64,000 nucleotides of DNA from Crocinitomicaceae bacterium. GTDB taxonomy: Bacteria > Bacteroidota > Bacteroidia > Flavobacteriales_D > Crocinitomicaceae. Positions 28,693 to 36,238 of this stretch are shown in pieces. Location: NCBI GenBank assembly GCA_044340465.1, contig JBIITO010000001.1:39-64038 (forward strand). The letters run 5' to 3'. Numbering within the stretch: the stretch's first letter is position 1; each line of letters begins with the position of its first letter. Below the pieces are notes generated by a model. The model had not been told where the DNA came from. It did no database searches and saw only the letters and a program-made list of their open reading frames with translations. Made by a program: the position numbers and the translations under genes.

Positions 28693-29526
28693 TTATTTTG
28701 ATTTATTTCTTCTAGATTTTTGATTAATTAAAACGAGTGATTCTATCGTAAACTCATTTTCCAAAGGGTTTCTTGCTACAAAGCGTTGCGCCTTTCCATC
28801 AGGAGTACCTATTTGAATATTCAATTCATACTCAAGCCTTCCGTCGGTGGTAAGTTGGGCAATCAAAACCTTATTATGATGTAAAGAATCAGCGCCAAGA
28901 CTTCCTTTACCCATACAGGCCCATGCACCATTGTTAACATAAAATTCACCACCCTGTTTTGCTCCGAAAACTTGTATGGCAGAATCGATTCCAAAAAAAG
29001 TATGAAGAGGCATGCCTACAGTGTACTTCAAACCGTCTTTTTCGCTAGGCAGAACAGAAACCTCATTTGTGCGATTGATAAGGAAGCCCTCTTCAAATTC
29101 AATAAATCCCGAGGTATCATCATCCTCTTTTGGTATTCCAAGACAAAGCTCGCCGGCCGTACCGACAGAAAGCCATGAATCGAGCATAACCGTATTTTTA
29201 CCCAAACTCCTTCTCGGAATTACACTAGCCACTGCGCCTCCTTTATCGGTATTATTAAAAAAATAAGTGTTAGTTCTGAAAAAAAGAGGATGTTCCTTTG
29301 ATCCATAAGCCGCTTGAAAACTATAGCCTGGTAAAAGATCAACGTATATTCGATATGTTGTGGCGTTCCTCTTAAGTTCTCCAGCATAGGAGTTAGCCTT
29401 TAAATCAGCTTTTCCCGAAACATAATATTTTTCAACAATGATGCCTTCTAGCCCCTGCTTTGTGCTTTGACAAAAGACGTTTCCAATAAAGAAGAATAGA
29501 ATAAATAATGTGTAAGCTAATCTCAT
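28693..29526 (-). CDS. Secreted (possibly lipidated) protein consisting only of the unassigned LEGIIVEKYY domain
   Basis: Start reset to the ATG giving MRLAYTLFILFFFIGNVFCQ. QGLEGIIVEKYYVSGKAD...ATTYRIYVDLLPGY...KVLIAQLTTDGRLEYELNIQI...RFVARNP. No CTD; ends in the basic tail KSRRNKSK. Confidence 0.75.
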   Translation of the reverse strand: MRLAYTLFILFFFIGNVFCQSTKQGLEGIIVEKYYVSGKADLKANSYAGELKRNATTYRIYVDLLPGYSFQAAYGSKEHPLFFRTNTYFFNNTDKGGAVASVIPRRSLGKNTVMLDSWLSVGTAGELCLGIPKEDDDTSGFIEFEEGFLINRTNEVSVLPSEKDGLKYTVGMPLHTFFGIDSAIQVFGAKQGGEFYVNNGAWACMGKGSLGADSLHHNKVLIAQLTTDGRLEYELNIQIGTPDGKAQRFVARNPLENEFTIESLVLINQKSRRNKSK

Positions 29527-29676
29527 AGTAAGCAACGCAAACTGCGCGATGCAAGATTAGACAGAGCAGATAACTTTCAAATTAAATGTAAATTATTGTT
29601 AAGTTATGAAAGCAGCCTTTGGGTTATCAGAATTTTAAGCCTGTGTTTTGGAAATGTAAAAAGCAAACAAGATTTA

Positions 29677-31071
29677 CTACTTTCCGATACAAAATTTTGA
29701 GAAAATGGACCCGAGTATATCTGTATCCACATCTATTTGACCAGTGATATTACCCAAGTGACGAATGGCAGCGCGGATATCCATGGCTACAAAATCAGCG
29801 GATACGCCCGTTTCAAGTCCTTGGAGTGCTTTATGAAGGTCGATGCGCGTTTTTACCAAGGACTCGTGATGCCGGGCATTGGAAACAATGGTTTCATCTG
29901 CTATACTGAAATCTCCCATCACTTCTGAAACCAATCGATCCGAGAGCGTTTGGATTCCTTCTCCGATCTTTGCGCTGATGTAGAGGTCGGCCAATGCTTT
30001 TTCTCCTTGATCTTTCATTTCATCCGTCTTATTGGCCACCACTAATACACATTTATCAGGATGCTCGTCACGAATGCTCTCCGCCCATTCACCTACCTTT
30101 TTTAAAGCCGGCACATTGCCGGCTTCCTCCAAACATAGAACGATCTTCGCCTGGCGGATTTTCTCTCTTGAGCGTTCAATACCCAGAGCCTCTATTTCTT
30201 CAGCACCCTCCCTGATGCCTGCGGTGTCGATTAAGCGAAAAAGGATGCCGTCAAGATTCAGGGTCTCCTCTATCACATCGCGCGTAGTGCCGGCGATATT
30301 ACTTACGATGGCGCGGTCTTCACCGAGCAAACGGTTGAGCAGCGTACTCTTTCCTGTATTCGGTGCGCCTACGATGGCTACAGGAACACCTTTCTTAATG
30401 GCGTTACCCAATTCAAAAGACGAGGCCAAACGAGTTATGTGACTCATTACCTCTTGAACCAATGCTTTAAGTTCCGTTCGATCGGCAAACTCCACATCTT
30501 CTTCCGCAAAGTCCAGCTCCAGTTCAACCAGAGAGGCGAAATGAATCAATTTCTCTCGAAGGTCTTTAAGGTCTGATGAAAATCCTCCGCGAAGCTGTTT
30601 CAATGCCACATCATGAGCGTTACGTGTTTGAGCTGCAATGAGATCTGCCACTGCTTCTGCCTGAGAGAGATCCATTTTTCCATTCATGAAGGCCCGCATT
30701 GTAAATTCCCCGGGATCAGCCATCCGGCAACCTGATGCACACAAACATTGTAATATCTGCTGCTGAATATAGGGCGAAGCATGACAGGAAATCTCCAGGC
30801 TCTCTTCTCCTGTAAAACTTTTTCCGGATTGAAACACCGACACCAAAACCTCATCAATTACAGCACCGTCGCCAGTCTTCACTACTCCAAAATGAATGGT
30901 GTGCGATGCTGCTTGTGTCAGATCTTTGGAAAAAACAGGTCCAAAGCATTTCAATGCCTCTGGGCCCGAAACGCGAATAAGCGCTATTGCACCTACGCCA
31001 TTGGGCGAAGCCAAAGCACAAATGGTATCATTTTTCAAATTCTGTGAACGCACGAAACAAAGGTAGGTCAT
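29677..31071 (-). CDS. mnmE: tRNA modification GTPase MnmE (TrmE)
   Basis: N-terminus DTICALASPNGVGAIALIRVSG. G domain GAPNTGKSTLLN / DTAGIR / NKTD. C-terminal FCIGK motif. Confidence 0.95.
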   Translation of the reverse strand: MTYLCFVRSQNLKNDTICALASPNGVGAIALIRVSGPEALKCFGPVFSKDLTQAASHTIHFGVVKTGDGAVIDEVLVSVFQSGKSFTGEESLEISCHASPYIQQQILQCLCASGCRMADPGEFTMRAFMNGKMDLSQAEAVADLIAAQTRNAHDVALKQLRGGFSSDLKDLREKLIHFASLVELELDFAEEDVEFADRTELKALVQEVMSHITRLASSFELGNAIKKGVPVAIVGAPNTGKSTLLNRLLGEDRAIVSNIAGTTRDVIEETLNLDGILFRLIDTAGIREGAEEIEALGIERSREKIRQAKIVLCLEEAGNVPALKKVGEWAESIRDEHPDKCVLVVANKTDEMKDQGEKALADLYISAKIGEGIQTLSDRLVSEVMGDFSIADETIVSNARHHESLVKTRIDLHKALQGLETGVSADFVAMDIRAAIRHLGNITGQIDVDTDILGSIFSKFCIGK

Positions 31072-31194
31072 TCGAGTTGCAGGTTGCGAATGTTAAGAAA
31101 ATAAATCCCTCATGTTTTCCCGATTTTATAATTGCGTTATGCTTTTGTAAACCGAAGTCAGGGTTCAGAGAAGTATCGTAACCTTGAGAAAAAA

Positions 31195-31839
31195 ATGGCA
31201 AATTCCGTATTACAACATCTCTTTCCGAACGGAAATTTCATCCTTGGTCACTTACATCATTCTGCTGACAGAGTTCACTCCTTGGGGCTCATCCTTTACA
31301 ACGTGGTTCATGAAAAAAGTACCGACAAACGAAAAGAATTGTTGGATCATTCAGCACGTTTACACAAAGAAACCCTTGCTGAATCCAGGCTACTTTTCGA
31401 AACGCTTTCCAAAAACCTCATCACTCCTTTTGACCGTGAAGACATCTTCGCTATAGGTAGTGGACTCAAAAGTATTTCATCCAAAACAGATTCCCTGATC
31501 CGTTTCATTGAGCAAAATAAGTGTAATTCAGAAAATACAGGCCTGAAGGAATTGACTTTGAGTTTCACTCAAGCTTCGGCAGCCATGACGCAAGTCGTTC
31601 AAGGACTCGAACATGTTCAACAGTATAAAAAAACATATGGGTCTATTCTTGATATGAAGGAGCAAATCGTCCATATCAATGAGATCTGTGAAAGATCTAT
31701 GATCCACTGTTTCGATGAGATCGAATCCATCAAGTTGATACTTATCAATATTGACCTCTACATTTACTTTGATACGCTATCTGAAAAACTTAAGGAACTT
31801 GCTCAGGTCGCGGAGGGATTCATTGTCAAATATGCCTGA
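31195..31839 (+). CDS. DUF47 (PhoU-like, YkaA-type) family protein, divergent paralog
   Basis: Start reset from TTG 31132 to ATG 31195 (MANSVLQHLFP...), parallel to the paralog's MASGILKFFLP. Shared core LITPFDREDIFAIG versus FITPFDREDIHSLA and C-terminus (F/S)IVKYA. Confidence 0.75.
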   Translation: MANSVLQHLFPNGNFILGHLHHSADRVHSLGLILYNVVHEKSTDKRKELLDHSARLHKETLAESRLLFETLSKNLITPFDREDIFAIGSGLKSISSKTDSLIRFIEQNKCNSENTGLKELTLSFTQASAAMTQVVQGLEHVQQYKKTYGSILDMKEQIVHINEICERSMIHCFDEIESIKLILINIDLYIYFDTLSEKLKELAQVAEGFIVKYA

Positions 31840-31930
31840 GTTAATCGCGAGATTCATAATTATTTAATATCTGCTTAATATTTAGGTAACATTTAAGTAG
31901 GTCATGAAACCTACATTTAGAGAAAAAAGT

Positions 31931-32242
31931 ATGCGCCAATTTTATTTGTTTCTTTCGTTGCTGCTGATCACGTCTTGTTCGGTGACACGCAACATTTCCA
32001 CTGAAGGGTTTTCCATCGAAGGGAACCTTGTTTCTTATAAAGGCGCTGCTATGGCGGAACTTGTTGGTGTAGAATTTGCGCTCGACGACGGAAAATTCGT
32101 GCGGGAATTAACCTTCAAATTGAAAGAAGGTTCGGACAACAGCGTGATCAATAACCTGATTGTTTTTCTACACCAAAAACACCCCGACTATGAGATCGAG
32201 GTGGAAATTGATGTTGAACATTACGAAAATTTAAAGCCCTAA
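31931..32242 (+). CDS. Small hypothetical lipoprotein
   Basis: MRQFYLFLSLLLITSC lipobox-like signal. An alternative ATG at 31904 cannot be excluded. Confidence 0.45.
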   Translation: MRQFYLFLSLLLITSCSVTRNISTEGFSIEGNLVSYKGAAMAELVGVEFALDDGKFVRELTFKLKEGSDNSVINNLIVFLHQKHPDYEIEVEIDVEHYENLKP

Positions 32243-32243
32243 C

Positions 32244-33461
32244 CTAGAAATTTATTTGAGCTTGTAACCTGAGTAATCTTCCCGATTGAAAATTGTCTTG
32301 GTTGGCGTAATCCTCAAATCGTCTGTGGGAAATGGTATACATTGCCAACAATTCAAAGGTTTTGTGGGGCTGCCATTCAAATCCGATTTCGTATTCGTTA
32401 ACCTTATAGCTTCTGGCGTCTAATTCGTGCTTCTTGCCTCCTTCATAATATTGACCTCGAGCGAAAGGAATAAGAACCTGCTTTCCGAGCTTCAGCATGT
32501 ACGAAAGAGTTATATATCCTCCTTGAAGATTTTGCACTTCAATCGAGTCTGACATTTTGTTGAATTCAGGTCCTTTACCCACATTATACTCGGCTTGAAT
32601 ACCGAAAGGTTTCGGATATAAAACGAAGGTTCCTGCAACACGCTCATCCAAATATGTTGACTCTTCATTTTTCTTTACGCCGTTTGAAGTACTAAGAAGA
32701 GTAAATTGCCCACTATACGCCTGAATTCCAGGTTCTATTATTTGATTTTTGATTTTAATTGGACAACTCAATCGCGACACAAAATGAAGATTATTATTTC
32801 TTTCGGTTTGGTTCGCAGTTTGACCATTGTACGCTCCAAAGGCAAAAACACCATAATCACCGGATCCTTTAAGACCATCGCGAACCAATGAAGAAAGTAA
32901 TGTTCGAGTGCCTTTGGGTGCCCAATAGAAAAATGCACCTAAATCACGTTCATTTGTAACCGCACTATTCAATGCATCATTACGGTCCAGTGGAATACGG
33001 TTTTGGCTGGACTGCATGTTTTCAAAACCATAGGGCACCTTACTCTGTCCGACTCTGATTCTAAACTCATTGTTTTTATCTAATCCAAGGTCAAAATAAG
33101 CATCCCTAATTTGGGCAACATGACCGGTAGTTCCTGCCGATGATGCCAAATCCGGTTGAATGTAAAAGTATACCCTCGGAGAAATTTGTCCGAAAAAGAT
33201 AATTCTGGCACGTCGTATGAAAAATGCACCGTTGTCGCCCCAGGACCGGTCACACTGTTCACATTTTAAATCAGGATTAGTTTCAAAGAGGCGATTATAC
33301 CTTGTTTGAACATAACCACGGATCTGTACATTTTCGTACCACGCTTTCGTTTTGCCTTGATCTTGTAATGAAACAACTGGTTTTTCAACTATACTGTCTT
33401 TTTGTGCGTTGATCAAGCCTGTAACAAGCACCAACGTTAATGTTAGGATTTTGCTTTTCAT
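32244..33461 (-). CDS. Outer-membrane porin, phosphate-selective porin O/P-like
   Basis: Signal peptide MKSKILTLTLVLVTGLINAQ. ~385-aa beta-rich protein ending LRLQAQINF. IRGYVQTRYN...FFIRRARIIFFGQISPRVYFYIQPD resembles the Porin_O_P pattern. Lies in a phosphate gene context. Confidence 0.55.
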   Translation of the reverse strand: MKSKILTLTLVLVTGLINAQKDSIVEKPVVSLQDQGKTKAWYENVQIRGYVQTRYNRLFETNPDLKCEQCDRSWGDNGAFFIRRARIIFFGQISPRVYFYIQPDLASSAGTTGHVAQIRDAYFDLGLDKNNEFRIRVGQSKVPYGFENMQSSQNRIPLDRNDALNSAVTNERDLGAFFYWAPKGTRTLLSSLVRDGLKGSGDYGVFAFGAYNGQTANQTERNNNLHFVSRLSCPIKIKNQIIEPGIQAYSGQFTLLSTSNGVKKNEESTYLDERVAGTFVLYPKPFGIQAEYNVGKGPEFNKMSDSIEVQNLQGGYITLSYMLKLGKQVLIPFARGQYYEGGKKHELDARSYKVNEYEIGFEWQPHKTFELLAMYTISHRRFEDYANQDNFQSGRLLRLQAQINF

Positions 33462-33484
33462 TTGAGTATTCGTTTTTCGATGTG

Positions 33485-33492
33485 CAAAGCTA
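33485..33492 (-). promoter_or_regulatory. Candidate Bacteroidota -7 promoter element (TAnnTTTG) for the porin gene
   Basis: The minus strand reads TAGCTTTG, 24 nt upstream of the ATG at 33461. Confidence 0.3.
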
Positions 33493-33550
33493 TATCCTTA
33501 ATACCTGGGCAATATACTGTTAATGCTTATTTAAGATTTTAATAATTTTC

Positions 33551-33566
33551 TTAACGGTATGTTAAC
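33551..33566 (-). promoter_or_regulatory. Pho-box-like direct repeat GTTAA-N6-GTTAA (11-bp phasing), oriented toward the porin gene
   Basis: Plus strand has TTAAC at 33551-55 and 33562-66. The minus strand reads GTTAAcataccGTTAAg. Confidence 0.35.
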
Positions 33567-33749
33567 ATTATTGAAAGGTGTAATTCCAAGACACTTGCTC
33601 CGTCAGAAAATTAGTTTGTTTGTTTGTTTTTAGTTCTATTACAATTATTTATATCACTTATATTTTACAGTGTTCATGCCTATTTCTTTGTTGATCTCTC
33701 TTTTTGAGTGAGTACTTGAAATACAATTATTGATATCTCAAAATCCCAA

Positions 33750-33767
33750 CGTTATCTTTACGTTAAC
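33750..33767 (+). promoter_or_regulatory. Pho-box-like direct repeat CGTTA-N6-CGTTAA (11-bp phasing), oriented toward the DUF47-PiT operon
   Basis: CGTTAtctttaCGTTAAc; half-sites start at 33750 and 33761. The site ends 64 nt upstream of the ATG at 33830. Confidence 0.35.
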
Positions 33768-33804
33768 ATTTGGATGAGCAATCTACCGACGTGAAGTAAT
33801 CCTC

Positions 33805-33812
33805 TACTTTTG
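33805..33812 (+). promoter_or_regulatory. Candidate Bacteroidota -7 promoter element (TAnnTTTG) for the DUF47-PiT operon
   Basis: TACTTTTG, 18 nt upstream of the ATG at 33830. Confidence 0.3.
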
Positions 33813-33829
33813 GCAACAAATCGATAATT

Positions 33830-34477
33830 ATGGCATCAGGTATACTTAAATTCTTTTTACCGAAAGACAGAGTGTTTTACACTCTATTTGAAAACGCAAG
33901 TGCAAACCTGGAAACACTTGGAGCAAAGCTAGTTCAGTTAGTGAATGAAGCAGACTATAATAAGCGCGCAACTTTGATCAAGGAAATGGAAGATCTGGAA
34001 CACCAGAATGACCTACTTACGCACAATATCTTCATCGAACTTGGTAAAAACTTTATCACACCTTTTGACCGTGAAGACATTCACAGTCTGGCATCGGCAC
34101 TGGATGATATTGCTGACTACATTTACGCGTCTGGTAAAAAGATCAACTTCTACAAGATCGATCCAACGACTGACTCAGGCATTCAAAAGACGGCTGACTC
34201 GATTCAACAAGCGGTTCTTGCCGTAAAAAGTGCAGTACTCGAATTGCGCAATCTCAAGAACACGCAAAAGATTGTTGAGTGCGTTATAAAGATCAACAGC
34301 ATCGAAAATACAGCAGACGAGATCTTCGACTTAAGTATCGAGAAACTATTTGATTCGAATGTGGATGCCAAAGAATTGATCAAAAAACGCGAGATCTATC
34401 AAACAATGGAAACGGTAACAGACAAATGCGAAGACGCAGGAAACGTGATCGAGTCCATCGTAGTTAAATATGCTTAA
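33830..34477 (+). CDS. DUF47 (PhoU-like) family protein, partner of the PiT transporter
   Basis: FITPFDREDIHSLASALDDIADYI; ~215 aa helical protein. 24 nt upstream of a PiT-family gene, the conserved pairing. Confidence 0.85.
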   Translation: MASGILKFFLPKDRVFYTLFENASANLETLGAKLVQLVNEADYNKRATLIKEMEDLEHQNDLLTHNIFIELGKNFITPFDREDIHSLASALDDIADYIYASGKKINFYKIDPTTDSGIQKTADSIQQAVLAVKSAVLELRNLKNTQKIVECVIKINSIENTADEIFDLSIEKLFDSNVDAKELIKKREIYQTMETVTDKCEDAGNVIESIVVKYA

Positions 34478-34501
34478 TTTCTATATTTTTAAAGAACACG
34501 T

Positions 34502-36124
34502 ATGTTATCGTTATTAATAGTCATCATTGTCATTGCCTTGTTATTCGACTTGGTAAATGGCTTTCACGATGCCGCCAACTCGATTGCAACGGTAGTTTCT
34601 ACAAAAGTGCTTACTCCCTTCCAGGCTGTAGTCTGGGCGGCAGTATTCAACTTTGCGGCTTTCTGGGTCTTCGACATGAGTGTCGGAAACACCGTCGCCA
34701 AAACAGTAGATAATTCCGTGATCGATCTATGGGTTATCCTTGCCGGACTTCTTGCCGCAACCGCATGGAACCTGCTTACTTGGTGGCTTGGACTTCCTTC
34801 CTCCTCCTCACACACGTTGATCGGTGGGTTTGCCGGTGCCGCCATTGCTCATGCTGGATTCGATGTGTTGAAATGGGAAGAGATTATCAAGCCCATTCTA
34901 TTCATTTTTCTTGCCCCTGTTATTGGTGGTATTATTGCCTTTCTCATTGCGCTCGTTACCATACAGCGTTCGTTCATCAAAAAGATTGGCTTTTCTATCT
35001 TGCTTTCATTCATTACCGTTTACGCTTCGTGGTATTACAAAGATTTCATTGATCTGAAACCTATCATGATCTGGATCATTGGTATTACTCTTGGTATCTT
35101 CCTTGTGGTATATATAGGTTATCAACTCATCCACGGAAGAAAACAAACAGCCGTGAAAGAATCCACGATGTACAAGCGCCTTCAATTGCTTTCTTCTGCG
35201 GCCTTCTCTTTAGGTCATGGTGGTGCGGATTCACAAAAAGTAATGGGAATCATTTGTGCTGCACTGATCGTTTTTGCCAATGGTGTTCGTGATGGCAGCG
35301 CTGATGTAAAACAGGTTCCGAATGCATTGAAATGTGCGGAGATCGTTCAGATCAAATTTCATGATGACGAAGGTAAAGTGAAGAAGTTCAAACCAAGCGT
35401 TGTTGTTGCGGAAGGTCATGTTTACTATACAGATGGCAAACACATCATGGATGGGGAAACAAACGACAGGATCTATGAGGATAAAAAGTTGGTATCAGGA
35501 ACTGATCTAAACGCCCCTTTCTTTTCAATGTTAAAGAAAGAAAAAATAAAGGCTGAAGACTTTGACAAGGCAGTAAAAACATTGAAACCTCTGTTGGTCT
35601 ATACGAGGAAGAAAGAAATTCATGATCTGGAAACAGATGCGAGAATCTTTGATGGTAAAACGCTGGATACCACTTATCGTTATGCCGGTTTCTTCAGCAA
35701 ATTTGTGGATGAAAAATCATTTGAGCTGCTGGAAGATCATAAGATCGAAACCAAAGTAAACAATGATTCCATGCCGTGGTGGATTGCTTTCGCCTGTTAC
35801 CTGATGATCGGACTAGGAACCCTCATGGGTGGCTGGAAGATCGTTAAAACCATGGGAACCAAGATCACGAAAGTAACCCCGCTGGAGGGTGTATGTGCAG
35901 AAACAGCAGGTGCTCTTACTCTTTTCACGGTATCCCAGTTTGGAATACCGGTTTCTACCACTCATACGATCACCGGATCGATTATTGGTGTGGGGGCAAC
36001 GAAACGACTCAGTGCGGTGCGTTGGGGAGTTACGGTTAATCTACTATGGGCATGGATACTTACCATCCCGGTGAGTGCCGTTCTTGCAGCAATCTTCTAT
36101 TTTGTGATCAAAATGTTCAACTGA
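34502..36124 (+). CDS. pitA: Inorganic phosphate transporter, PiT (PHO4) family
   Basis: Duplicated PiT signatures NGFHDAANSIATVVST (N-terminal half) and GIPVSTTHTITGSIIGVG (C-terminal half), with GHGGADSQKVMG. Multiple TM segments and a ~170-aa hydrophilic central loop. Confidence 0.9.
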   Translation: MLSLLIVIIVIALLFDLVNGFHDAANSIATVVSTKVLTPFQAVVWAAVFNFAAFWVFDMSVGNTVAKTVDNSVIDLWVILAGLLAATAWNLLTWWLGLPSSSSHTLIGGFAGAAIAHAGFDVLKWEEIIKPILFIFLAPVIGGIIAFLIALVTIQRSFIKKIGFSILLSFITVYASWYYKDFIDLKPIMIWIIGITLGIFLVVYIGYQLIHGRKQTAVKESTMYKRLQLLSSAAFSLGHGGADSQKVMGIICAALIVFANGVRDGSADVKQVPNALKCAEIVQIKFHDDEGKVKKFKPSVVVAEGHVYYTDGKHIMDGETNDRIYEDKKLVSGTDLNAPFFSMLKKEKIKAEDFDKAVKTLKPLLVYTRKKEIHDLETDARIFDGKTLDTTYRYAGFFSKFVDEKSFELLEDHKIETKVNNDSMPWWIAFACYLMIGLGTLMGGWKIVKTMGTKITKVTPLEGVCAETAGALTLFTVSQFGIPVSTTHTITGSIIGVGATKRLSAVRWGVTVNLLWAWILTIPVSAVLAAIFYFVIKMFN

Positions 36125-36145
36125 TTCGAATAATCAATCTATTTG

Positions 36146-36169
36146 AAGGGCCTTTCAGGGCCCTTTTTT
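36146..36169 (+). terminator. Rho-independent terminator after the PiT gene
   Basis: Stem aagggcc(36146-52)/ggccctt(36159-65), 6-nt loop, followed by a T run to 36169. Confidence 0.6.
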
Positions 36170-36238
36170 CATTCTTAACCTTAGTCAACTTTTATATGGG
36201 ATCCTTGTTTTACTTTTGAACCAGTAAAAACAAAGCAT

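Noticed and set aside
22450-29526. Calling the receptor locus a canonical SusC/SusD polysaccharide utilisation locus
   Set aside because: No SusD-like (TPR-rich lipoprotein) gene follows the receptor, and I could not recognise any glycoside hydrolase or hybrid two-component regulator in the cluster.
30032-30442. 136-aa plus-strand ORF antisense to mnmE, and similar antisense ORFs at 34564-34845, 41041-41415, 45738-46094 and 46978-47292
   Set aside because: They are embedded in genes with unambiguous conserved motifs, and their translations are Ser/Arg/Pro-rich with no recognisable domains. These are typical shadow ORFs.
33613-33630. (GTTT)4 microsatellite in the phosphate promoter as a phase-variation switch
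   Set aside because: Four units is too short to argue for slipped-strand variation, and no population data are available.
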